A DNA stretch of 62,748 nucleotides, filler included, from Klebsormidium nitens (taxonomy: Eukaryota > Plantae > Klebsormidiophyceae): the NCBI GenBank assembly GCA_000708835.1. It is 9 parts of 9 records of this genome, joined end to end, with 100 filler letters (N's around TTAATTAATTAA, not from the genome) between each part and the next. Parts side by side here need not be neighbours in the genome. Positions count along the whole stretch, not along the records: positions 44,208 to 51,306 come from DF238316.1; positions 51,407 to 53,975 come from DF238665.1; positions 54,076 to 60,377 come from DF238365.1; positions 60,478 to 62,748 come from DF238721.1; 5 more parts are not named here. One strand, written 5' to 3'. Below the pieces are notes generated by a model, which was not told where the DNA came from, searched no databases, and saw only the letters and a program-made list of their open reading frames with translations. Positions 50,904 through 60,991 of this stretch are shown here, one piece after another. Position 1 is the stretch's first letter. Each line of letters opens with the position of its first letter. Both the position numbers and the translations under genes were made by a program.

Positions 50904-53900
50904 CTCTGAGCTTCATTCAGTCAGGGCGGCTGCATTCCTGTGACAGCAGAAGCCTTGGCGCCATCGCTTGCGGAAAGTTCAACTTCAGTCTTGAAAGACT
51001 GGTGACTTTGGATGGTCTTTGTGATTCAAAGAAACCCGTCGATGAATTTTTGAAAGTTTTCTGGAACGTCAGATCTGCCACCTTGGCTCTAAGCTGGGCT
51101 AATCTTGAGAAGTTCATGGTCCGTCGGATGATCAGCGGTGTTTACGGGATGATGCCGCCTGAAGTTTTCTTAAAGTTCTTGAAGATCTTTGATCCGTACG
51201 ATGGTCAGTGAAGAAGTTTTTGAAGTTTTGAATGCCGTACGATTGAGCAGAAAAGAAACTTCTGATTGATCCGGCGGGCCCGACGCTGGAAAACTTCCCG
51301 GGCTTTNNNNNNNNNNNNNNNNNNNNNNNNNNNNNNNNNNNNNNNNNNNNTTAATTAATTAANNNNNNNNNNNNNNNNNNNNNNNNNNNNNNNNNNNNNN
51401 NNNNNNCGTGGTCCAGATGTGGAAATTTGATGTGAAGAGCTCCTGTTGGTCTTCAGGATATGGTGAACTCGAGAAAGCGCCTCCTTGCCTACCTATGCCC
51501 CAATTTGAGCCTACAACCATGTCAAAAAGGAAGTTCCTCGCGCAATGAGCCCTGCCATTCTTTCCAGGACATCAAGCTAGACCGCCCTACCTAAGTGGCA
51601 TCTCTGTATCTTTATTTGTAGTGCTGCAGTAGCCATGTTTTGACACCCCCATTTTACAGCCAGAAATGCACAATTTGGGGCAATATTGCCGCGAATCATC
51701 AAAAACTCGGGGGGAATCGGTACCGTGAACTCACGAGTTACATACGAAGTACCAAATTTGACCGGTCAAATCTACATCGAACCGTCGCGATATCCGGCCA
51801 ACTCCGCCGCCGATAAATTCATCTGCGCCCAATTTGCCCCGGCCGCATTTTGCACCGTAGCGGTCCCGTGTGCGGACCGTCGCTTGATACCACTTTAAGA
51901 GGCGTCCGAAAGGTTTCTCGGACAGTCCGCTGTCCCGGAATTGGAAATTTTGGAAAATGCAGGATCACACCCGTGACCCCGGCCACTTCAGTTCGGCTGG
52001 GAGTTCGCGGCGACCACGGCAGGTTTTGAATTTCCAAATGAGTCGAAATGACCAATAATCGAAGGTGGCAGGGGGTTCAATTGAGCCGACATTGTCAAAA
52101 GCTGGCGACCGGATCTTGCCCCCTGCTGATTTCAAATTCGTCACCGTCATCCCTGTACCTATACATGCACCGGCCGTCTGGCGACGGCGGGGGCTTGCCT
52201 CTTCCGACTGGAAATCAGCACACAGAGACGACCGGGGCCCTGCATGCTCTAGCGCGCCGGACGGCCAAGTCATGCTCATTTCGGGGGGCAAGTACACACG
52301 TCTCCTCCCGAGCCTCGAGGTTTCGACGTCGGTACCCTTCCATGCACGAACTTCGACGGCGAAGCTGTCGAAGCACCCTTGCTTATCAGCGGCGACCAAA
52401 TTCGTCGCATAAACAAACGGAACCGCACGATAAATCATCGACGGACGACCCCAAACGCCCAGCTAGGGCTCTAGCGCAGGTAGCACCGTCCCGGCCAACC
52501 CAATAATTGCCAATCGCATTTAAAAACCAACAAATGCTGGTCGCCCAACACAACTGTACGTCGACATAAATTTGGCGACCGCCAACCACAACGCCCAACA
52601 AAGCTTGTCGCCAGAATAACACGCACGTCTCGACGCAAAGTCGAGCATCTACGCCGCTCCGCGCGCCAGTCTGCCATAAGTCTGACACGTTATATGGGAG
52701 GTATTCTCCTTTTGGCATGCCATTTTCTTGCTGTTCTGTGTGCGCCCCAAATGCGCGCGAGCGTACGCGTTATTGAAAAAGGCGAAGCCATCGTATTGGT
52801 GTCGTGCAAGTTCGCAGTATGACGTCTGAAAGTACCAGGCGACCACGGCTGTTGTATGTTGCATGTTATGTTCGCTCTTTTACCATTATAAATCCGGCGA
52901 ATCTGTGCGCGAGGGGATTTCGGTGACCACGCAATTCCCGGGTGTGCACCTAGGGCATTCAAAAGCAGGTGTACGACGTGTGCGACATGAACCGTGTGAT
53001 GAGAGGCCTGATAAATCGGCATCCAACACTGGCACCAGAAATCAATACAGCAGTTTTCCGACCGTCTTGTCGTATTGAGCGCTCAAAGCAGGTCGGCCGC
53101 CGGTCGCAGGTCGTGCGATTGGGATTTGCACGTGTGGTGAAAGGTCGCAGGCCGTCGCCGTGGACTGATTAAAAAATTCAAGGGGATGGCAGTCCCCTAA
53201 GAAAGACTTTGGTCGATCCCGTGTCAAGAAACGCGGCTGACGGTCTGTCCCACGTGGCTACGAGCGCGGTATTACATTGCTTACCCGTATATATTACAAG
53301 CTCTCAACGCGAAGCCAGGTGGCCGTCAATTTGGTATATCTAACGGCTGAGATCAATGACTGGCACGCCAAGTGCAGCACATGGCGTGCTGCCAATCTGG
53401 TTATGGATTGGGGGGGCTGCGGCCCCCCCAAGCCCCCACACCCCCCCGCTTCAGTGAGTAGTATATAACCCCTTTAATTATCAATAGCGCTCAGATCGTC
53501 CACATCGGACCAACATTCGTTTATCGGGGGGGCTGCCGCCTCCCCAAACCCCCCCGCTGCTTCTTTGAACCAAGTACGTTCAGCCTGTTCGTATTGGCAG
53601 CTCAAATGGCATGCCGGGTGCAGCATATCGTGCTACCAATCTACATGGGACCGCAGCGAAGGTAAACTTTGCGCAATTAGACCCTATATTTGAAAATTTT
53701 ATCCTGGCGCAAGCCAGAATTTTCCCGGTAAATCCTGGCTGGTTTTGGAATTTTTCCGGTGAAAACGTCAAATCCTGGCGGGCTGCTTGCCCGCTTACGG
53801 ACCTCCCTGGCTGGCCGCCAGGATTTTCCGATGATTTTTTCCTTGGCTGGCGCCAGAGTCGAAACCTTTCTTGCGCAGAGTTGCTGGCTCAGCCGTTCGG

Positions 53901-54075
53901 TGCGGTCCCCTGAATCTAGTTTCCTGTACGTTTTATTGTCGAACGTCGGCCAATCGAGCAAGGTCGAAGCGCCTCNNNNNNNNNNNNNNNNNNNNNNNNN
54001 NNNNNNNNNNNNNNNNNNNTTAATTAATTAANNNNNNNNNNNNNNNNNNNNNNNNNNNNNNNNNNNNNNNNNNNN

Positions 54076-54955
54076 TCTTTGTCTGCAAAAGCGGTGTGTG
54101 GAAACGACTCGTCCTGCTCATTGAGCTCTAAACAACGCACTATTCGGGATTCGTCATGTATGTCTATTTGTCCGTTACGACCAACTCGTCTAGCAGAAGT
54201 ATTTATGAGTTCAATCACCCATGCTGGAGCGGTTGCAATATCAGTGGTCCTCTTCGGTGTGACATTCCATTTGTATTCTTTTCCATCGCCAAGCGAGCTC
54301 GGTGGAGCAAACGCAATTCCCCCTTCACCACGACCATCAATTCCATAGACTTGACCATTCACATCTACACCCACAAAGTTCTTACCGGACTTGAGACCAT
54401 CTTTGAGGATGCTCGAAAACGAGAAGTAGTAATGAAATCCGCCACTAGGAGTAGTTGCTTTTAACGTGTTTGGCTCTCCATGTTTGTCAATCAAGCTCTT
54501 CAAAACGGCATTCCAGCCGATACGTCTTCGTCCTCTTTGTCCTTGACATCAATATCCAGAACATATACATCCGATATACAGCCAGTCTTGATTGCGATAA
54601 AATTGAACTGTTTTTCGTGTACGTATTCCTTTATTCTCTCTTTCGAAGCATTCCAATCGGAAGCTGACCGTATAGCTGTGCCCCCGTTCGCATGTGGCAT
54701 AGTTCCGAGTACCCTCTTACCAGACCCATCTTGCCCTAGTAAAGCCTTTGCCGGTATAGCATACAGGCCTTCGTTAGCGTACTCCTTGAATATTTTCAAC
54801 AGTTCCATCTCCGGCCACTGTGCAATATTTTCTATTCTAGAAAATTTTCTTGGTATTGAAACGCGCCCTAAGCCATCCGAAGTCCACGGCGCGCCTATGA
54901 ACGCCAACCCTCTCAAGATTTCCAAATGGTTTTCATTGTATGCATGAAGCATCAT
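54076..54955 (-). pseudogene. Bifunctional primase-polymerase (Prim-Pol) domain protein, frameshifted and truncated at gap
   Basis: FIAIKTGCISDVYVLDIDVK, then (after a 1-nt deletion at ~54501, MPF[W]KSLID) TLKATTPSGGFHYYF...IDGRGEGGIAFAPPS...YKW...APAWVIELI: the DxD, TxSGGxHxYF and DxRG.GG...PPS motifs. Confidence 0.85.
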
Positions 54956-55112
54956 AACACTTCAACACGACACTCAATCGACAGGTCCACAATCCACAAG
55001 CTGCTGGCATCTCAGAGGGAGAGTGGCACAACATGGTTCATTCTCCATATGAGTGCTGGAATGATATGTTGAGATGTTTGTTACACAATCTAAATAGGGT
55101 GACTTACGATGC

Positions 55113-55346
55113 TTAGACAGCAATGTAGATCTTTGCCTCGTGTAAACGTTCCATAGTACGTCTGTTGACTCGAACACCCTTCTCCATTCGTTCAAGAGCT
55201 TTCTTGAGCGGTATTCGATCTTTGTTAGAATCATAGTACGCGTGTGCATAGCTCCTGCTTTTGGCTTGTTGTTCCTCCTTATAGTTTGCAGATTCCAAGC
55301 ATGCTGCACACAAAGTGGAGCCTGAGTGGTCGTGATTGTCGGTCAT
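55113..55346 (-). CDS. Small hypothetical viral-type protein
   Basis: CAAC followed by a basic helix KSRSYAHAYYDSNKDRI; co-oriented in the viral-like cluster. Confidence 0.35.
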   Translation of the reverse strand: MTDNHDHSGSTLCAACLESANYKEEQQAKSRSYAHAYYDSNKDRIPLKKALERMEKGVRVNRRTMERLHEAKIYIAV

Positions 55347-55430
55347 GGTGCACGGCAACGACATTACCGTTACTTCCAGAGAAAGAAATTGTTTTTGATG
55401 AAAAACGCGCACCCGGACATCAAGTGCGGA

Positions 55431-56534
55431 TCAACGTGACCACCGCCGCTCGTAATGATTGAGGGCCGTTGAAAGCGAGTGCCCCATCCATTCACACTTT
55501 TTTCGTACCTCCCCTCGGGAACCCAGATCGGGTGTGAGCTCTGTATGCGAAATATGACGGAGCAACGTGCACGATAGATTCTTATCAAAGTGACGTTGAC
55601 CCAAATCGTTCAGTACAATGGTAAAATTATTGATTGGTTCATCTTTAAAGCCAAGATAGTAATGTTTCATGACCAAGTAGTATCTTGGAAAGAGATTAAA
55701 GCTTCGAAGAATGACATTGACTAGATTTTCAGGAATGTGCAATCTCCGTATGCCCACCTTGTTGAGTGTCTTGTGGCTGCTGATAACAAATTGGCAATGC
55801 TCAAGATCCTTTGTTAGGATACATGTATTGATGTCACCAGGTTTTGCTTTAAATTCTTCCGTTTCCTCCTTCATGAGGATTCGACAACTCCCAAACTCGT
55901 TTCGTAGGGGCCCGAGAGGCATTGTGTACAAGCTTAGGATCAAATGGTCGTTAACGAGTTCTTTATCGCTACGCGTCAATGCACGACCATTTCTAAATTT
56001 TTCAACGATTGTTCGTGTAATAATCTGATCAAGGTTGTCTCTTACCTTGATCATTTCTTTCCAAGGCACCCACATTTCAAGCTCCTTTGGTGTCTTGTGT
56101 TGCATTGTTTCATCCAGCTCGACCTCGGTAGGCTTTTTTGCTTCAATGAAATCACCGTACGCTCGTTGTGCGTCCTCGAAGCCCTTCTTCTGAGCAAGGA
56201 TTGAAAATGGTGCCGCATAAGAACTTTTTGTAAGCGATTTGATGGGTTTTCCTTTTCTGTCTAACAAACTTTCGATCGCATTTATCACGGTTCCATAATC
56301 TTTTATCCAATCTATAGACACATCGTCATCTAGTTGCTGGTTTGGGTTAAGAATTGTGTATATGTTTAGGATCTGGCGGAGGTATACATTCACGGTAGAG
56401 TCGGCCCGTAAAGTTGCCTCTGAACCATCACGACCATCTTTAACCTTGAGGATGCTCCTTAGTTTTGGTAACTGCGATGGCGATGCCTTCCTCTGATTGT
56501 GTGGCCCCTCGATGTGAACTACCCGTGTGGCCAT
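55431..56534 (-). CDS. Tyrosine recombinase/integrase, intact ORF (367 aa)
   Basis: Catalytic signature in correct order: R (GPLRNEF), K (SHKT), xxxR (TLLRH), H (MGHS), Y (LNHY). N-terminal core-binding region STVNVYLRQI. Style resembles recombinases of PLVs and NCLDVs. Confidence 0.85.
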   Translation of the reverse strand: MATRVVHIEGPHNQRKASPSQLPKLRSILKVKDGRDGSEATLRADSTVNVYLRQILNIYTILNPNQQLDDDVSIDWIKDYGTVINAIESLLDRKGKPIKSLTKSSYAAPFSILAQKKGFEDAQRAYGDFIEAKKPTEVELDETMQHKTPKELEMWVPWKEMIKVRDNLDQIITRTIVEKFRNGRALTRSDKELVNDHLILSLYTMPLGPLRNEFGSCRILMKEETEEFKAKPGDINTCILTKDLEHCQFVISSHKTLNKVGIRRLHIPENLVNVILRSFNLFPRYYLVMKHYYLGFKDEPINNFTIVLNDLGQRHFDKNLSCTLLRHISHTELTPDLGSRGEVRKKCEWMGHSLSTALNHYERRWSR

Positions 56535-56614
56535 CTTTCTTGTAGCTTCGCAGCCGGAGTCCTTCAGCTAAACTTATCGTTAGATTTATTTTTCGGCTAG
56601 AAAAGCAAGTCTAG

Positions 56615-57445
56615 TTAGATGCGTTCAAGATTGAGTGACTTTCCGTTGAAAAGAAGCTTACCGCAGAAATTGCTGTAATTGCTCCCTGACATTGGTGTTA
56701 GCGGATCAGACACTGAGGTTATAAAAAAGTCTCGAGGGATGAGCTCTAACGTTCTAGCAAGGTACTTACAAAACATTGTTGGAAGCTCGTACAACTCTTG
56801 TTGTTTCAGTAAACAAATCGTGTTATTTGACCGACTTGTCTGGATCAGTGCATCTTCGGTGTCATCGTGCTGGCCTCCACTCCTCTTGAGAATGATAGGT
56901 AAATGATAGATCTTCACACCTCGTCTGACGTGCTTTTTTATCAGAAGATGCCATTCAACGAGCAAATGTATCATTATGGTTTTCACATCCTTTCTGTCGA
57001 GGTCGTCTGCAACAACGTGTGACAAAGATCGGACCTTTCGAGCAAGCTTGCTACCCAAAAGATCAATGTCTTCACGTGACATCTCGAGTTGTTTCATAGG
57101 GTCATGCCCCGATTCAGCGGCTTGTTTCTCACGAAGTTCTTTCAACGGCTGATTATCCTTCTGAAAGGGCTGAAAATAAATCTGATAAGCTTCTGAGTTT
57201 CCGAGCTTTTTACAAGCGGCAAGAATAGGGGCCAATCGGGTCCTTCTCGATCCAGGATTTGCATATCGATCATGCACGAGCTGAGTGAAGACGTGTGCGT
57301 CTGTTTTCAAAAAGCTTAGATCATCTGTATTGGATAGTTGTCGATCATGGCACAATTGATAGATAAGGGCAATGCCCCTTACGTATTGATCAACGGATGC
57401 CTGAGTTCGAATGTTGTCGGTGAACAGCTGACGCAAGGCATCCAT
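56615..57445 (-). CDS. Degenerate paralog of the adjacent tyrosine recombinase, lacking the catalytic C-terminus
   Basis: Collinear similarity by eye: SVDQYVRGIALIY vs TVNVYLRQILNIY; DDLSFLKT vs DVSIDWIKD; IMIHLL vs VNDHLIL; LARTLELIPRDF vs ILRSFNLFPRYY; GKSLNLERI* vs DKNLSCTLLRHI. It stops before the H and Y residues. Confidence 0.6.
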   Translation of the reverse strand: MDALRQLFTDNIRTQASVDQYVRGIALIYQLCHDRQLSNTDDLSFLKTDAHVFTQLVHDRYANPGSRRTRLAPILAACKKLGNSEAYQIYFQPFQKDNQPLKELREKQAAESGHDPMKQLEMSREDIDLLGSKLARKVRSLSHVVADDLDRKDVKTIMIHLLVEWHLLIKKHVRRGVKIYHLPIILKRSGGQHDDTEDALIQTSRSNNTICLLKQQELYELPTMFCKYLARTLELIPRDFFITSVSDPLTPMSGSNYSNFCGKLLFNGKSLNLERI

Positions 57446-57597
57446 ACTTATTGATCATATAGTAGAGCTTCGACAATAATTTTCACATGACCAGACGTGC
57501 AGACCTATTTATATCAACCGTTGATGTCAAAAAATAATGACAAGGAAAAGTCGCACAACATTTATATCTTGAAAAATGCTATCGGCAGCGGCATTTG

Positions 57598-57638
57598 TTA
57601 GAGAAAAGTGCACTTTTCTCTAATCGATAACTAGTTAT
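57598..57638. promoter_or_regulatory. Perfect 26-bp palindrome plus adjacent 12-bp palindrome in a divergent intergenic region
   Basis: TTAGAGAAAAGTGCACTTTTCTCTAA (57598-57623) and ATAACTAGTTAT (57627-57638). Function unknown. Confidence 0.5.
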
Positions 57639-57835
57639 TCAAAAGTGCGTTACCACAATCTCATAGCTGCAGCATGTAGCAAAAATCGAGATTTGGTGCG
57701 TCAACGAAAGATGACCGTCAAGTATGTTCTATGATTGATCAAGCTCATTGTAAAGGAACAAAAGTGACTGAGGTGAGTGACGAGACAGATAGCAATTTTT
57801 TCCTCTTTGCAAGATTGAAAGGCACCTTGTACATT

Positions 57836-58330
57836 ATGGCTTCAGGTATCCGTTCATTCAGAGTCGAATCGGCTTTCTTGGGCACTTGCAAGTCGAATGT
57901 CACTGACAAAGTAAGAGATGCTCGATTAGAGATTAATCGTGAAAGCGGTCGTTCGCTTCAAGCAGGGGCAAGAGTGGGATCAATGTTGTATCGAAGCTTG
58001 AAGTCAACAGCAACTAGCACGTGCAGCCGAGCACCTCTAGTCTACTACGTCTTGCTTGTTGAGACAACACGCAATTCTGCTGGTAGAATGTTTGCATACC
58101 AAATAGATATCAAACTTCTGAAGAAGTCAGAGCAACCAATTGGTCTTGCTTTTACTGGAACATATCGCACATCCACAAGAAAGTTTTCGGTGGATACAAT
58201 GTTGAATTGGAATTCTAGTGGTGCAACAAAATCAAAACCTTCGTTGAAGACGACTAAGATTGCTCCTCGAAAGCTCGAATGGAAAAAGCGTAAAAACCAC
58301 GACGATTGCCCAAAAAGATCCGTTGTCTAA
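57836..58330 (+). CDS. MC1-like (non-histone chromosomal protein) viral DNA-binding protein
   Basis: GIRSFRV...LQAGARVGSMLYRSL...VLLVETTRNSAGRMFAYQI..KLL..P matches the RSF..AA.K..ETTRGS..F.Y pattern of MC1-like NCLDV proteins (PBCV-1 A437L type); Lys-rich tail. Confidence 0.6.
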   Translation: MASGIRSFRVESAFLGTCKSNVTDKVRDARLEINRESGRSLQAGARVGSMLYRSLKSTATSTCSRAPLVYYVLLVETTRNSAGRMFAYQIDIKLLKKSEQPIGLAFTGTYRTSTRKFSVDTMLNWNSSGATKSKPSLKTTKIAPRKLEWKKRKNHDDCPKRSVV

Positions 58331-58427
58331 ACCGAAAAAAGCTTCGTCGACGAAGATTACGCGATAAATATACACCGTCTGATTCAAATAGTACACAAAC
58401 AACATCCCACAGGATATTCAAAACCGT

Positions 58428-59129
58428 TTGATTTCGTTGATTCACGCCACCAAACCGCATCTACAATCATCTCTTCTTCTGAAGAGTCGATTTCAGTGTG
58501 TTATATTGCTTATGCACACTTTCTGTCGGCGTCACCCCAAGAAGACTACTCTAGGACTGTTGAGCAATACTCCGAATGCAGAAACGGAATGTGATTCTTT
58601 TCGAACATTCCTCCATCGTAAATTCCATTCAATAGGGTATACGCATTTCGACGGTCCAATGTCGCAGCTTACCATAGAGCCGCGCTGTTTGAAACCTCAG
58701 AAAGAAAGGCACAGTGGTGGTGAGGATTTATTGGGTAAAGCAATCAATCTAGATCGATGCAAAATCTTGTCAGATGGTACATCGGTAGATTGCTACAAGC
58801 AGGTTCTACGATTCGGACTCGAAGTGAAGAGTGCAGATATCATTAGTATTGGCTTAGCGCTTCTAGTGCGTCAAACGATGGATCTACAGACAAATGGAAC
58901 ACCTAATACATTCACAGTTAACGATCTTAAGGAACGGCTTACACAGCTGACACTTCCAAACGAACAATATCAAAGGTACACCATCATCATCAAAGATGCA
59001 GTGGTTTATGATCACGAGATTGAAGTGCTGCTAAGGCATGCAATGAGACATCTACTCCTCGAACCGGATGGTTCCATTGACAGTCATTCCGCAAGCCTAC
59101 CAAAGGCAAATCTTGAAGTACAGCAGTAG
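58428..59129 (+). CDS. Hypothetical protein
   Basis: 233-aa intronless ORF within the viral-like cluster; no motif recognised. Confidence 0.45.
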   Translation: MISLIHATKPHLQSSLLLKSRFQCVILLMHTFCRRHPKKTTLGLLSNTPNAETECDSFRTFLHRKFHSIGYTHFDGPMSQLTIEPRCLKPQKERHSGGEDLLGKAINLDRCKILSDGTSVDCYKQVLRFGLEVKSADIISIGLALLVRQTMDLQTNGTPNTFTVNDLKERLTQLTLPNEQYQRYTIIIKDAVVYDHEIEVLLRHAMRHLLLEPDGSIDSHSASLPKANLEVQQ

Positions 59130-59185
59130 TTCGTACAATCTTGAGTGTACATTTGCGGTGCAATAGCATTGTTAAGATCAATCGT

Positions 59186-60377
59186 CTATGCCGTGACGAG
59201 TTCCCCAAACTTCAATGGGACCCTCTCTACAAAATCTCTCATCTTGGTGTCTATTCTAGTTGCTAACCCTGGAGCTGCCATCACCTGCAGCTTTAGCAAC
59301 TGAGCCATGTGCTTGACTCCGAGCGTGCCCCGCGGATCGTACTCTACTTGCCACCCCCCGTAAATGCGCGCCCGCTTCTTGGTAACCGGATCCACCAACG
59401 TTTCCCGGCCTGCCTGAGAGAGCGAGATTCGAAGCCCTATCTTTTTGAAGATGTGGTTCAAAGCGTGCGTTACCCCTTTCCGGTCCCTGAGGTCGACCAC
59501 TGCGCGCTTAGCTCGGGTATTGAACAGACGTACACAGCTGTCGTACTCTTTGAAATACTTCGTAACCAAGAGCTTCGGTGCCAATGTCTCGAGAGGCTCT
59601 GAGATGTGCTCATGGTCGAGCGGATGCGCCAGACCTAGCGTGGAGAGAATCTCTCTCGTGATCTGGACCTCGACTGGTCGATAGCTAGCCCTTCCTATCT
59701 CCGTGATGTCCCACTGATGGAAAGGATCGATCACTTGCAGCAGAAACGTGAGAGACTCTAAGGGCTTTGCACCATACACGTCGAGGAACTCCTCGTTAAG
59801 GCGACGGATCTTGTAGAAGCGGATAAGTTTGAACCTGTCCATCTTTGCAACATCACCGTCCTGATGCGCCCGCTTCTGAACCAACCGCTCAATCCGTTGA
59901 AATTCTTGGCTCGAGATGTCGGTTGCTTCGAGCAACCGTTGCTTCAGAAAGCCCGTCGGACGCGTCTCCTCCTGCGTGCCATCGCCAACCTTCTCGGTCT
60001 CGTCGAACCGCAGCTGTAACAATCCTCTCACGATATGACCCTCACTCTTGAGCAGCTCTGTGAACGCTTCATAGAAGTGTGTTTGACCGTTGGTGGTTTC
60101 AGCGTCATTGTGTGCGAGCAACTTTGCAATTGGATCTTCAGGTGGGACGTACTCGAGCAGACCCCCCTCCCCCCTCCGCATGACTCGGGGAAAACAACGC
60201 CTTGCCTCGTCGCTGGCCCAACGATTAAACTGGTAGACCTCCTCTACGCTCTCCCGTCGAGTGCTGGTTATCCGCTTGTGCCCCATATGAGTCAGAAAGG
60301 AAGGGGGCTTAGGAGTCTCTGTAGAGAACGTATGATCAAGGTCATGGCTCGATTGAAGCACTATGAGGACGCAGCTC
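59186..60377 (-). CDS. Probable C-terminal half of a viral replication origin-binding protein (UL9/OBP-like helicase family); 5' part lost in gap
   Basis: Frame open to the contig end. DPIAKLLAHNDAE..N..THFYEAFTELLKSEGH and EATDISSQEFQRI resemble the post-helicase region of NCLDV OBP-like proteins. Helicase motifs are not visible. Confidence 0.45.
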
Positions 60378-60477
60378 NNNNNNNNNNNNNNNNNNNNNNN
60401 NNNNNNNNNNNNNNNNNNNNNTTAATTAATTAANNNNNNNNNNNNNNNNNNNNNNNNNNNNNNNNNNNNNNNNNNNN

Positions 60478-60904
60478 TCGTGACAAGCTCGTGCACCCTG
60501 TCCGCATCTTCCGCCCGCACATCCTTCAGACAAGCTTCTTTGGGCATGGACACATCTTGCGGCGGCATCCTGCTCGCTGGAGCGGAAACCTCTGCTCGAG
60601 GATCGATAATAGGGAACAGGATGCGCTCTCGCCGGCAGAACGGATCGAACCGTCTCTTTGAGTACGCCCTCAGTTGCAGGCGGTAATTTGTGGATATAGA
60701 CATCTGCCTGCGGTTGCCCTTGGCATCAGTCGCCGAATGGAATACCATCTTCGTCCTGCTGAAGTTCGTTATGAGCCAATCGAGGATCCGAAGGGACGGC
60801 AAACCCTTCTTCTGCTGTAAAATGTTGAGCAGAATGGCCGCGTTGTTCGGGACATCATAGAAGCTCCTCAACGACACGAGCAGTAGGTCCTCTCTCCCCT
60901 GCAT
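60478..60904 (-). CDS. Conserved NCLDV protein of unknown function (SLRxxDWxxTN...FDPFCRR family), truncated at gap
   Basis: MQGREDLLLVSLRSFY...PSLRILDWLITNFSR...YRLQLRAYSKRRFDPFCRRERI...ELVT; a motif set widely conserved in phycodna- and mimivirus-like genomes. Confidence 0.8.
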
Positions 60905-60991
60905 GTTGCTACTGGCCTTTCTCAACATTTGCAAACTCCTAAGTACGCAGGAGGCAAGCGCACCGCCCTTGGCTCCTTGACCCACGGAAGG

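Noticed and set aside
57598-57623. loxP/dif-type recombination site
   Set aside because: No 6-8 bp spacer between the arms; kept only as a spacer-less palindrome of unknown role.
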